From positions 1 to 35,718 of the forward strand of contig JAHFRO010000023.1 in NCBI GenBank assembly GCA_023266245.1: a stretch of DNA of 35,718 bases. The letters are read 5' to 3'. Shown here one piece after another: positions 12,536 through 23,972 of this stretch (within the stretch, counting starts at the first letter, position 1; the number at the start of each line of letters is the position of its first letter). The stretch is from Betaproteobacteria bacterium (GTDB lineage: Bacteria > Pseudomonadota > Gammaproteobacteria > Burkholderiales > SG8-41). A program made the translations under genes and the position numbers. The notes under the pieces were generated by a model. That model made no database searches and was not told the origin of the DNA. It worked only from the letters and a program-made list of their open reading frames with translations.

Positions 12536-14197
12536 CTAATTCTTGCGTGGTGCGTTTGCGGCCGTGCGCTCGATGGCGCGCGTGATTTGCCATTGCTGCG
12601 CGATCGAGAGCACGTTGTTGACCAGCCAATACAGAACCAGCCCTGCGGGGAAAAAGAAGAAGAAGATACTAAAGACCACCGGCATGATCTTCATCATCTT
12701 GGCTTGCACCGGGTCCGGCGGCTCCGGATTGAGCCAGGTCTGCACAATCATGGTAAGCCCCATCAGCACCGGCAAGATGAACCAGGGATCGGGCGCGGCG
12801 AGGTCGTCTATCCACAGCATGAAGGGAGCGTGCCGTAGCTCAACGCTAGCCAGCAACACCCAATATAGTGCAATAAAAACAGGTATTTGCACTATAATCG
12901 GCATGCAGCCCCCGAGCGGATTGATCTTCTCGGTTTTGTAAAGTTCCATCATCGCCTGCTGCATGCGCTGGCGGTCGTTGCCGTACTGGTCCTTGAGCTT
13001 TTGCAACTTGGGGGCGACCACTCGCATCTTGCCCATCGAACGGTAGCTCGCCGCCGACAGCGGGTAGAACAGCAGCTTGATGATCACGGTGAGCAGTATG
13101 ATCGCTATGCCCCAGTTGCCCGCCCATTGGTTGAGCCAGGCCAGCACCCAGAACAACGGCACCGCGATCACCGTCAGCCAGCCGTAGTCCACGGTGAGGT
13201 CGAGCCCCGGCGCAATCTTCGCCAGTTTCTCCTGTTCTTCCGGTCCGGCATAAAGCGGCACAGTGACGCTGGCAGTGTTGCCCGCCGCCACGGTGCCCGC
13301 CGGAACGATCACTCCCGCCGCATACAACCCGTCGTCGAGGCGCCGCGTATAGAACTCGCGCGGCGTTCCGTTGCGCGGTAACCACGCGCTGAAGAAGTAA
13401 TGCTGCAACATGGCGATCCAGCCGTCGTTGCTGTTCTTGGGGTACGGCGCCTTGGCTTTGTCGATGTCGGCGAACGGCAACTTCTGGAACTTTTCCTTAT
13501 CGGTGTAGACCGCCACACCGGTGAACGTCGGCAGCATCGCTGAGTCGCCCGCCGGCGGCTTGCCGTCGCGCACCACCTGGAAATAGGCGTACGGCTGGAT
13601 ACCGCTGGCGCCGTTGTTGGTGAGCTCGAAGCTAACGTCGACGAGATAGCTGCCACGGTGGAAGCGATAGATCTTGGTCACCTGGACGCCGCCCGCCGGC
13701 GGCGCGCTGAGCCGCACCTCCACGCGCTCCTCCCCGTCCGCTAGTTGATAGTTGTCGCCGGTGGCCGCGAACACCGTCCTGTGGTTGGGCAGCACGCCGC
13801 CGATCAGCCCGGACTGGGCAAGGTAGGTGCGGTCCGGGGTAGTCTCGAACAACACGAAATCCTTGCCCTTGTCGAGCGTGTCGCGGTGCTTCTTAAACTG
13901 CAGGCGGCGCAGATCCCCGCCGTAGGTGTTGAGATGCGCGATTAGCAGATCGGTCTCGACCCGGATCGGGGTACCCGCCTCGGGAGGGCGTTGTCCTTGC
14001 TGCGGCACTGCGGTCTGCGCTGCAATCAGTTGGTCGCTCGGGACCGGTGGCTGGGCGGCAGGGGGCGTGGCCTTGTCGGCCTTGTCGCGCGCGGTGGTCG
14101 CGGGCGGCGCCGGGTGCTGATCGCGCTGCCAGGCATCCAGCAGCAGGAACACTGAGAACGAGAAGACGAAAAACAAGATCAGGCGTTGCGAGTCCAT
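12536..14197 (-). CDS. yidC: Membrane protein insertase YidC
   Basis: 553 aa. It has an N-terminal TM helix, a large periplasmic domain and the conserved C-terminal core (NPLGGCMPIIVQIPVFIALY). Confidence 0.95.
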   Translation of the reverse strand: MDSQRLILFFVFSFSVFLLLDAWQRDQHPAPPATTARDKADKATPPAAQPPVPSDQLIAAQTAVPQQGQRPPEAGTPIRVETDLLIAHLNTYGGDLRRLQFKKHRDTLDKGKDFVLFETTPDRTYLAQSGLIGGVLPNHRTVFAATGDNYQLADGEERVEVRLSAPPAGGVQVTKIYRFHRGSYLVDVSFELTNNGASGIQPYAYFQVVRDGKPPAGDSAMLPTFTGVAVYTDKEKFQKLPFADIDKAKAPYPKNSNDGWIAMLQHYFFSAWLPRNGTPREFYTRRLDDGLYAAGVIVPAGTVAAGNTASVTVPLYAGPEEQEKLAKIAPGLDLTVDYGWLTVIAVPLFWVLAWLNQWAGNWGIAIILLTVIIKLLFYPLSAASYRSMGKMRVVAPKLQKLKDQYGNDRQRMQQAMMELYKTEKINPLGGCMPIIVQIPVFIALYWVLLASVELRHAPFMLWIDDLAAPDPWFILPVLMGLTMIVQTWLNPEPPDPVQAKMMKIMPVVFSIFFFFFPAGLVLYWLVNNVLSIAQQWQITRAIERTAANAPRKN

Positions 14198-14227
14198 GAC
14201 TGTGCCTTGCCGTCGCCGTGCACCGTC

Positions 14228-14605
14228 CTAGCCGTCGCGCGCGGGTGCCCGCGCACCGAGATCGACGAGCAATTTGGCAAGTTCGGCGCGCGCTGCGGCG
14301 CCGGCCCCGCGCGCCGGGCAGCGGCGCACCTGCACCACCACATCGATACCCGCCAAGCGGTGGCGGGTCATGCGAAACACTTCCCGCACCAGCCGCTTGG
14401 CCCGATTGCGGTCAACCGCACGCGGCACCACCTTCTTGCTGGCGATGATACCGATGCGCGCTTGAGACAGGCCATTCGTCCTGGCAAACAGGATGAAATG
14501 ACGGCGCGCTCCCGCTGCGCCTGCGGCCAGCGCCGCCGCGTACTGTTCGCGGCGTTGCAGCCTCGCCGCGCGCGGTAAAGTCAGTGCGGCAGGCGCTGTG
14601 CTCAG
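14228..14605 (-). CDS. rnpA: Ribonuclease P protein component; non-canonical start (CTG at 14603-14605 or 14582-14584)
   Basis: The ORF track gives only the C-terminal 67 aa, from the GTG at 14431. Hand translation upstream in the same frame continues without a stop: ...[68 protein letters not shown]. This is the conserved RnpA N-terminal half and RNR motif. Confidence 0.8.
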   Translation of the reverse strand: MSTAPAALTLPRAARLQRREQYAAALAAGAAGARRHFILFARTNGLSQARIGIIASKKVVPRAVDRNRAKRLVREVFRMTRHRLAGIDVVVQVRRCPARGAGAAARAELAKLLVDLGARAPARDG

Positions 14606-14736
14606 ACGCCCAACCGCACGCGGCCTTTGGCGCGGCGTGCACGCAGCACCGCGCGCCCGCCGCGGGTGCGCATGCGCACGCGAAAGCCGTGGGTGCGCTT
14701 GCGGCGCGTCACCGACGGCTGATAGGTCCGTTTCAC
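14602..14736 (-). CDS. rpmH: 50S ribosomal protein L34
   Basis: Too short (44 aa) for the ORF track. Hand translation from the GTG at 14734-14736 gives (M)[43 protein letters not shown], then TGA at 14602-14604. Confidence 0.95.
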   Translation of the reverse strand: MKRTYQPSVTRRKRTHGFRVRMRTRGGRAVLRARRAKGRVRLGV

Positions 14737-14842
14737 GTTTGGCTGCCCCCGCAGTTAAAAAGCGCGCTATTACAACCTCTAATGTGCTGCCGTGTCAACC
14801 TCGGCGCGGTCGCAAAAAAACGCTGCATCATCGGCCGAAACC

Positions 14843-14851
14843 TGTGGATAA
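14843..14851. promoter_or_regulatory. Perfect DnaA box in the rpmH-dnaA divergent spacer
   Basis: TGTGGATAA is the reverse complement of the consensus TTATCCACA. It lies 81 bp upstream of the dnaA ATG, a position typical of dnaA autoregulation. Confidence 0.75.
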
Positions 14852-14931
14852 CTGCCTGCAAAAAGGATAAAATCCCGATCTGAAAAACGCCCCTTCGTCC
14901 GGGTCCGAATTCGAACTCCAACGCGACGCCG

Positions 14932-16263
14932 ATGAACAGCTTCTGGCGCTTCTGTCTAGCCCACTTCGAGAAGGAACTCCCGCCTCAGCAGTTCAGAACC
15001 TGGATCAAGCCGCTCCGGTTTCGCGCTGATGGTAACGCGCTCACGCTGGTAGCACCCAACCGCTTCGTGCAGCAGTGGATACGCGACAAGTTTCTCCTGC
15101 GCATCGAGCAGCTGGCACGCGACCAGCTGAAACGGCCGATCGAGGTGCGTCTGGTACTGGCTGATAAGGAACATCCGGCGCCGCACCCTCCGCAGCTGGC
15201 GCAGGCAATGAACAACAGCGGCGCCAAGCCGAGCAGCCGCGAGGTCTCGCGCCTCAACCCGGCATTCTCCTTTGAGACATTTGTCACCGGGAAAGCCAAT
15301 GAATTGGCGCGCGCGGCAGCGATACAGGTTGCAGAGCGGCCCGGTACAGCCTACAACCCGCTGTTCATCTACGGTGGCGTAGGGTTGGGCAAGACCCACC
15401 TGATTCAGGCGATCGGCAACCACCTCCGTACCCGCATGCCTGAAACCAAGATTCGATACATCCATGCCGAGCAGTACGTTTCCGACGTGGTGCGCGCCTA
15501 TCAGCACAAGGCCTTCGACGATTTCAAGCGCTATTACCATTCCTTGGACTTGCTGCTGATCGACGACATCCAGTTTTTCAGCGGCAAGAGCCGCACCCAG
15601 GAGGAGTTCTTCTACGCCTTCAACGCGTTGATCGAGGCTCACAAGCAGGTAGTGATCTCCTGCGACACCTACCCCAAGGAAATCGCCGGCATCGAAAATC
15701 GCCTGATCTCGCGCTTCGGCTGGGGTCTCACCGTTGCCGTTGAGCCGCCGGAGCTCGAGATGCGCGTGGCGATCCTGCTCAAGAAAGCCGAGGCTGATGG
15801 CGTAAAGCTGGATGAGGCGGTGGCTTTCTTTCTCGCCAAGAACATCCAGTCCAATGTGCGCGAACTCGAGGGGGGGCTGAAGCGCGTGCTCGCTTTTGCG
15901 CGCTTTACCGGGCAGGTTCTCTCGGTGGAGGTATGCCGCGATGCGCTGCGCGACCTCCTGGCAATCCAGCAACGCCAAGTCTCGATCGAGAACATCCAGA
16001 AGACGGTGGCCGACTACTACAAAATCAAGGTCTCGGAGATGTACTCTAAGAAACGCAGTCGCAACGTTGCTCGCCCGCGCCAGGTTGCCATGGCGCTCGC
16101 CAAGGAACTGACACAACTTAGCCTTCCAGACATCGGGGAAGCATTCGGCGGCCGTGACCATACCACCGTACTGCACGCCTGCCGCAAGATTACGTTGCTG
16201 AAGTCGACCAACAGTGAACTGACACGCGACTTTGACTCGTTACTAAAAGTGCTGAGGAGTTGA
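14932..16263 (+). CDS. dnaA: Chromosomal replication initiator protein DnaA
   Basis: 443 aa. It has the AAA+ Walker [11 protein letters not shown] and the C-terminal DNA-binding signature [11 protein letters not shown]. Confidence 0.98.
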   Translation: MNSFWRFCLAHFEKELPPQQFRTWIKPLRFRADGNALTLVAPNRFVQQWIRDKFLLRIEQLARDQLKRPIEVRLVLADKEHPAPHPPQLAQAMNNSGAKPSSREVSRLNPAFSFETFVTGKANELARAAAIQVAERPGTAYNPLFIYGGVGLGKTHLIQAIGNHLRTRMPETKIRYIHAEQYVSDVVRAYQHKAFDDFKRYYHSLDLLLIDDIQFFSGKSRTQEEFFYAFNALIEAHKQVVISCDTYPKEIAGIENRLISRFGWGLTVAVEPPELEMRVAILLKKAEADGVKLDEAVAFFLAKNIQSNVRELEGGLKRVLAFARFTGQVLSVEVCRDALRDLLAIQQRQVSIENIQKTVADYYKIKVSEMYSKKRSRNVARPRQVAMALAKELTQLSLPDIGEAFGGRDHTTVLHACRKITLLKSTNSELTRDFDSLLKVLRS

Positions 16264-16460
16264 TTCATTCTGTGCAACTTGTGGATAACCCTCCACGCCG
16301 GCGTTGCCGGGAAAGGCTATCCACAAATCTCCCACACGCCCACGGCCGTGTGATGCACAGCGTTACGCCGACGTTACCCATTGACAACATAACGGTTCCG
16401 CGGTTAACCACAGGAGACGGGCAGGCCTACTAAACCTACTAAGTAAGTACAAACATAATT
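16264..16460. promoter_or_regulatory. Candidate oriC / DnaA-dependent unwinding module in the dnaA-dnaN spacer
   Basis: DnaA boxes are TGTGGATAA (16280-16288, perfect), CTATCCACA (16317-16325, 8/9) and TTAACCACA (16404-16412, 8/9). A GC cluster GGAGACGGGCAGG follows at 16413-16425. The minus strand then reads TAG TAG GTT TAG TAG in register (16441-16427). The tract 16426-16460 is about 29% GC. Confidence 0.5.
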
Positions 16461-17570
16461 ATGAAACTAGTCCAGATCGAACGCGATGCGCTCCTCAAGC
16501 CGCTGCAGGCAGTAACCGGGATCGTCGAAAAACGCCACACCCTGCCGATCCTGTCGAATGTCCTGATTGAACGCAAGCAAGGGCAACTGCATTTGGTGGC
16601 GACCGACCTCGAAATCCAGGTGGCAACAAGCGCCGATGTTGCTGCGGGCGGTGGTGATGACATTAGCCTGACGGTTTCGGCGCGCAAACTCCAAGACATC
16701 CTACGCGCGCTGCCTGAGGCGACCGAAACCACCCTTGATGTGCAAAACAACCGTTTGCAGGTGCGCTCAGGCAAGAGCCGTTTCAACCTGCAGACGCTAC
16801 CGGCCGTAGATTTTCCTACTCTTGCTGATCCGGGACCGGCACAGGCCAAGGTAACAATGCCACAGAAGGCGCTTCGGGAGTTGCTGCTGCTGGTGCAGTA
16901 CTCGATGGCACAGCAGGACATACGCTATTACCTGAATGGGCTGCTGCTGGTGCTCGACGGTGGCCAGCTCAAGGTAGTCGCTACGGACGGGCATCGTTTG
17001 GGCTATGCAGCGAGACCGCTCGGCCAACAACAGGAAAAGCGTGAGGTAATCTTGCCGCGCAAGGCAGTGCTGGAGCTGGGCAAGCTGCTCGGAGACAGCG
17101 ATGAGGCGGTCGCGATAGAGGTCTTCGCTGGTCAAGTACGCTTCACGTTTGGAAGCGTGGTGCTCACGACCAAGATCATCGACGGCAAGTTCCCTGATTA
17201 CACCAGAGTGATCCCAGCCAATTACCAGAAACGCTTTACGATCAATCGCTTACTGCTACTACAGTCGCTGCAACGCGCGGCCATACTGTCCAACGAGAAA
17301 TTCCGTGGCGTGCGCTGGATGATGACCGGCAACAGCCTCAGGATCTCGTGCACCAACAACGAGCAGGAGGAGGCGCAAGAGGAACTCGATATTGCCTACA
17401 ACGGCGACCCGCTCGACATCGGGTTCAACATCACCTATCTGCTGGACGTCTTGAACAACGTGCACTGTGAAAATGTCGAATGTGCACTGGGCGACGCCAA
17501 CAGCAGCATGCTCATCATGGTGCCGGACAATCGCGAGTTCCGGTATGTGGTAATGCCGATGCGCATCTGA
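16461..17570 (+). CDS. dnaN: DNA polymerase III beta sliding clamp
   Basis: 369 aa, starting [37 protein letters not shown]. It is in the canonical position after dnaA. Confidence 0.97.
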   Translation: MKLVQIERDALLKPLQAVTGIVEKRHTLPILSNVLIERKQGQLHLVATDLEIQVATSADVAAGGGDDISLTVSARKLQDILRALPEATETTLDVQNNRLQVRSGKSRFNLQTLPAVDFPTLADPGPAQAKVTMPQKALRELLLLVQYSMAQQDIRYYLNGLLLVLDGGQLKVVATDGHRLGYAARPLGQQQEKREVILPRKAVLELGKLLGDSDEAVAIEVFAGQVRFTFGSVVLTTKIIDGKFPDYTRVIPANYQKRFTINRLLLLQSLQRAAILSNEKFRGVRWMMTGNSLRISCTNNEQEEAQEELDIAYNGDPLDIGFNITYLLDVLNNVHCENVECALGDANSSMLIMVPDNREFRYVVMPMRI

Positions 17571-17578
17571 TGGGATAA

Positions 17579-20014
<2,436 letters not shown>

Positions 20015-20015
20015 T

Positions 20016-22604
20016 CTAGGCTGCCTTACGCCGCGCCTTCGTTGGCAGCTTGGCGCCGGCTTTGGCTCGTTTCGTGGCGGCGGGCGGCGGGGCGTTGTCG
20101 CGTTGGCGCCGTATCGTGCTCGCCGCCGCTGTGGCGGGCCTGGGCGCGGGCGTCGCGCGGGGCGTGCGCGCCTCGAACTCGAAGCCGATCCTGCCAACGG
20201 GCGTCTTCACCAGGTAAGCCTTGAACTGTCGCCCTTTCTTCGAAACGAACCGCGACAGCAGATCACTGCGGCCGGTGGCCAGCAGCTTTTGCATCTGCAT
20301 GTGCTCAATCGGCTGCTGCAGGATCATCTTGCCGGAGCGGAAATCACAGGAGCGCGCGGGACCGACCGCTTTTTCGCAGACGTAGGCCGCGCCGTGCCCG
20401 AACACGCGCGCGCCGCACTTGGGACACGCTCCGACGCTTTCCTGCCCGCTGAAATCGGGTGCGTTCCCGGTTTCATCCGCGGAACGGGCCTGCCCGAAGT
20501 CGAACTCGAGGCGGTGCTCATCGGTGAGCCGCACGCCGGCGGCGAATGGCCTGCCCATGCGGCTGCGAAATCCAGTGAGCGGGCCCACGAAGCGCTTCGT
20601 GATGAGCTCCGCGATCTCCTCGGGCGCCCACTCGCGCCCGGCGGTCACCTTCCACAGCGATAAGTCGCACGACTGGCACTGGAACTTGCGGTAATTCTCC
20701 TGTACCACGCCGCCGCATTTGGGACAGGGGGCTTCGACGGTGGCGTAGGCCGTGTCTGGGATGTCGCCGTCCTTGATGCGGTCCACGAGGTCGCGCGTCA
20801 CCTGCTCGATGTGGTCCATGAACTCCCCGCGGCGCAACCTCCCGGACTCCATCAGTTTCAGCTTGTACTCCCAGTCGCCGGTGAGCTCGGGGGAGGTGAT
20901 TTCGGTGACGCCGAAGTGCTTCAGCGCGAACAGCAGGGAAAACGCCTTCGGCGTCGGCACCAGCTCCTTGTTGTTGCGGTGCATGTAATCTTCGTAGATC
21001 AGGCCCTCGATGATCGCTGCGCGCGTGGCGGGCGTGCCGAGCCCCTTTGCTTCCATCGCGGCGCGCAACTCGTCGTCCTCGACCAGTTTGCCCGCGCCTT
21101 CCATCGCGGAGAGCAGCGTCGCCTCGGTGTAGCGCGCGGGCGGTTTGGTCTGGTTGGCAACCGCGTTTGCTTCTGGCACGCCCACTTTCTCGTCTGCGGC
21201 GACGGCCGGCAGGTTCTCGCTTTCGTCCTGCGCGGACTTGCCGTAGACCCTGAGCCAGCCGGGGTTCTGCAGGATCCGCCCGTCGGTCTTGAAGTGATGC
21301 CCGCCCACCGTGGTGATGCGCGTCGTCTGCAAATATTCGGCCGCCGGATGGAACACGGCGAGGAACCGCCGCACCACGAGATCGTAGAGCTTGTGCTCGG
21401 CTTCATGGAGGTGCTTGGGCGACAGCAGCGTGGGGATAATCGCGAAGTGGTCGCTCACTTTCGCGTTGTCGAACACGCGCTTGTTCGGTTTCACCCATCC
21501 ATTCTTGAGGATGCTCTTTGCGTGTGGCGCATAGTCGCGCGCGCCGGAGAGCATATCCATGGCTTTTTTCACCGTGCCGAGGTAGTCCTCGGGCAGCGCG
21601 CGCGAGTCGGTCCGCGGGTAGGTGAGGACCTTGTGCCTTTCGTAGAGCGCTTGCGCCAGGGAGAGGGTGGTTTTCGCCGAGAAGCCGAAGCGGCCGTTGG
21701 CCTCGCGCTGCAGGCTGGTGAGGTCGAATAGCAGCGGCGAAAGCTGCGAGGAGGGCTTGGTCTCCTCGCTGACGGTTCCGGTCTTGCCGCGGCAGGCGGC
21801 GGCGACGGCCTCGGCTTGGGTCGCACTCCACAGGCGCTCGGGCTTGCGCTCGGTGTCATCCTCCTTCTTGAACTGGGGGTCGAACCAGCGGCCGGCGTAT
21901 TCGCCCGCCTTGGCGGTAAAGCGCGTGTGCACCTCCCAGTAGTCGCGCGCCCGGAAGCTGCGGATGCGTTCCTCGCGCTCGACGAGAATCGCGAGCGTGG
22001 GAGTCTGCACCCTGCCTACGGTGGTCTTGTAAAAGCCGCTTTCGCTGATGCGGTTGTTGAAGGCGGTCATGGCGCGCGTGCCATTGATGCCGACCAGCCA
22101 GTCGGCCTCGGAACGGCAGCGCGCGGCATCCGCGAGCGCCAGCAGTTCCTTGTTAGGGCGCAGGCTGGCAAAGCCCTCGCGGATCGCCGCGGGCATCATC
22201 GACTGCAACCAGAGCCGTTCGATCGGTTTGGCAGTTCTAGAGTATTGGGCGATGTAGCGAAAGATGAGCTCGCCTTCGCGCCCCGCATCGCAGGCGTTGA
22301 TGATCCCTGTCACATCCTTGCGCTTGATGAGCCTCAGCAGCAGGCTCAGTCGCGAGCCGCTCTTGTCGTCGATCGGGGCGAGGTCGAACTGCGGCGGGAT
22401 GACCGGCAGGTGCCGGAACGTCCATCGGCCCGAACGCGGGTCGTGTTCCTCGGGCGCCTGCAGTTCGAGCAGGTGGCCAACGGCCGAGCACAGCACGTAG
22501 CGATCGTTCTCGTAATAGTCGCCGTGCCGCGTGAAACCGCCGAGCGCGCGCGCGATGTCGGCGGCGACCGACGGCTTCTCCGCGATGATCAGCTGTTTTC
22601 CCAT
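20016..22604 (-). CDS. topB: Type IA DNA topoisomerase, topoisomerase III-like, with C-terminal zinc ribbons and repeats
   Basis: 862 aa. The N-terminus MGKQLIIAEKPSVAADIARAL...SAVGHLLEL matches the TopB-type AEKPS/GHLLE signature, not the TopA VESPAKAKTI. The C-terminus has CPKCGG...CQSC and CPKCGA Cys clusters, two repeats of the form G(F/R)xSxxGRxFxA, and a basic Ala/Pro/Lys tail. Confidence 0.85.
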   Translation of the reverse strand: MGKQLIIAEKPSVAADIARALGGFTRHGDYYENDRYVLCSAVGHLLELQAPEEHDPRSGRWTFRHLPVIPPQFDLAPIDDKSGSRLSLLLRLIKRKDVTGIINACDAGREGELIFRYIAQYSRTAKPIERLWLQSMMPAAIREGFASLRPNKELLALADAARCRSEADWLVGINGTRAMTAFNNRISESGFYKTTVGRVQTPTLAILVEREERIRSFRARDYWEVHTRFTAKAGEYAGRWFDPQFKKEDDTERKPERLWSATQAEAVAAACRGKTGTVSEETKPSSQLSPLLFDLTSLQREANGRFGFSAKTTLSLAQALYERHKVLTYPRTDSRALPEDYLGTVKKAMDMLSGARDYAPHAKSILKNGWVKPNKRVFDNAKVSDHFAIIPTLLSPKHLHEAEHKLYDLVVRRFLAVFHPAAEYLQTTRITTVGGHHFKTDGRILQNPGWLRVYGKSAQDESENLPAVAADEKVGVPEANAVANQTKPPARYTEATLLSAMEGAGKLVEDDELRAAMEAKGLGTPATRAAIIEGLIYEDYMHRNNKELVPTPKAFSLLFALKHFGVTEITSPELTGDWEYKLKLMESGRLRRGEFMDHIEQVTRDLVDRIKDGDIPDTAYATVEAPCPKCGGVVQENYRKFQCQSCDLSLWKVTAGREWAPEEIAELITKRFVGPLTGFRSRMGRPFAAGVRLTDEHRLEFDFGQARSADETGNAPDFSGQESVGACPKCGARVFGHGAAYVCEKAVGPARSCDFRSGKMILQQPIEHMQMQKLLATGRSDLLSRFVSKKGRQFKAYLVKTPVGRIGFEFEARTPRATPAPRPATAAASTIRRQRDNAPPPAATKRAKAGAKLPTKARRKAA

Positions 22605-22643
22605 GCGCTCGACAGGTCAGTTGGCGTGGCGAAAAGAGCGCAG

Positions 22644-22672
22644 ATGATAAGTACAAACATTTGACTAGGCAA
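22644..22672 (-). promoter_or_regulatory. Predicted sigma70-type promoter for the topoisomerase gene
   Basis: The minus strand reads TTGCCT (22672-22667), a 17-nt spacer, then TATCAT (22649-22644). This is about 40 nt upstream of the ATG at 22604. Sequence match only. Confidence 0.35.
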
Positions 22673-22791
22673 GCGCGCAGCACTGATGCGCGCGGACCAG
22701 CGCAGCATGAAGCGCGCGGCTCTGGCGGGAAAAAGGGGGGAGTTCGCGCGACGATAAGTGAAGAATTTCACGGCAGCGGCGCGTGTCTCGA

Positions 22792-23886
22792 CTAGCGGTG
22801 CACGCGCTGCAACAGTCCGCCCGGCAAGATTGCGATCAGTCCCTCCAGCTCGAGTTGCGTGAGCAGGGCGGTAATCTCCGCTGCGGTCAGCCCGCTGCGC
22901 GCAGCCATCGTGTCGAGATCGCAGGGATCGTCACCCAGCGCATCGAGCAGCTGCCGCGCGCGTGCATCCGCGGCAGCAACCGCAGCCGGCGGCGCAGCCG
23001 GGGCCTGCGCCGCCGGCAGCCGCAGTTCCTCGAGGATGTCGTGGGCGCTTTCGACCAGCTTCGCACCCTGCTTGATGAGCGCGTGACAACCCTTGGAGAG
23101 GGGCGAGTGTATCGAGCCGGGGATGGCAAACACCTCCCTGCCCTGCTCGGCGGCAAGCCGCGCCGTGATCAGGGAGCCGCTGTCCGCGGCCGCTTCCACC
23201 ACCAGGCAGCCGAGCGCGAGCCCGCTGATCAGGCGATTGCGGCGCGGGAAGTTGCCGGCGAGGGGGCGCGTGCCGAGCGGAAACTCGGAAATGAGGGTGC
23301 CGCGCGCGGCGAGTTCGTGCGCCAGGGCGCGGTTACGCGCCGGGTAGACGATATCGGCCCCAGTGCCCAGCACCGCCACGCTGCTCGCGGCCCCGGCGAG
23401 TCCGCCGCGATGCGCCGCGGCGTCGATGCCGAGCGCGAGCCCGCTGACGATGGTGAGTCCCGCGTCGCTCAACGTCCTGGCGAAAGCCTCGGCATTGACC
23501 ACACCCTGGGCGGTCGCATTACGGCTGCCGACGATGGCGAGCGCGGGGCGCTGCAGCAGGTCGAGACGCCCCTTGACGTAGAGCAGCGGCGGCGGATCGG
23601 GGATCTGCAGGAGTTGTTGCGGATAGTGCGCGTCGGCGAGGGTGACAATGTGGTTGGCGGAATCGTCCAGCCACGCGCCGGTGGCGGCCACAGCGTCGTC
23701 TGCCGCGCCCCCCCTGATCGCAGCGGCGATCCGGTCCGGCACGTGGTGCGCCAGCGCGGCGCGGCTTGCCGCGACCACTCCCTGCGGGTCACCGAATGCG
23801 GAGAGCAGCCGCCGCAGACCCTCGCCGCCCAGGCCCGGCGTGAGGCTCAACCTGAGCCATGCAGCAAGTTCCTCATCGAGCGGCAT
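22792..23886 (-). CDS. dprA: DNA-processing protein DprA (Smf)
   Basis: 364 aa with the Rossmann-like DprA core IVSGLALGIDAAAHRG and AVLGTGADIVYP. The plus-strand ORF 22783..23997 is its shadow. Confidence 0.92.
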   Translation of the reverse strand: MPLDEELAAWLRLSLTPGLGGEGLRRLLSAFGDPQGVVAASRAALAHHVPDRIAAAIRGGAADDAVAATGAWLDDSANHIVTLADAHYPQQLLQIPDPPPLLYVKGRLDLLQRPALAIVGSRNATAQGVVNAEAFARTLSDAGLTIVSGLALGIDAAAHRGGLAGAASSVAVLGTGADIVYPARNRALAHELAARGTLISEFPLGTRPLAGNFPRRNRLISGLALGCLVVEAAADSGSLITARLAAEQGREVFAIPGSIHSPLSKGCHALIKQGAKLVESAHDILEELRLPAAQAPAAPPAAVAAADARARQLLDALGDDPCDLDTMAARSGLTAAEITALLTQLELEGLIAILPGGLLQRVHR

Positions 23887-23972
23887 GGCGCCGCGGGGAA
23901 GGGTGCCGCGCGGCGCGCATGGCAGGCACCGCGGGTGCGGCAGCGCGCGGCGTCGGCAAGAGCCGCGCCGGA

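Noticed and set aside
22589-22771. A 60-aa minus-strand ORF in the dprA-topoisomerase spacer, considered as an smg remnant or a small protein.
   Set aside because: It overlaps the topoisomerase start codon and the predicted promoter. It bears no resemblance to Smg, has no RBS, and its composition looks non-genic.
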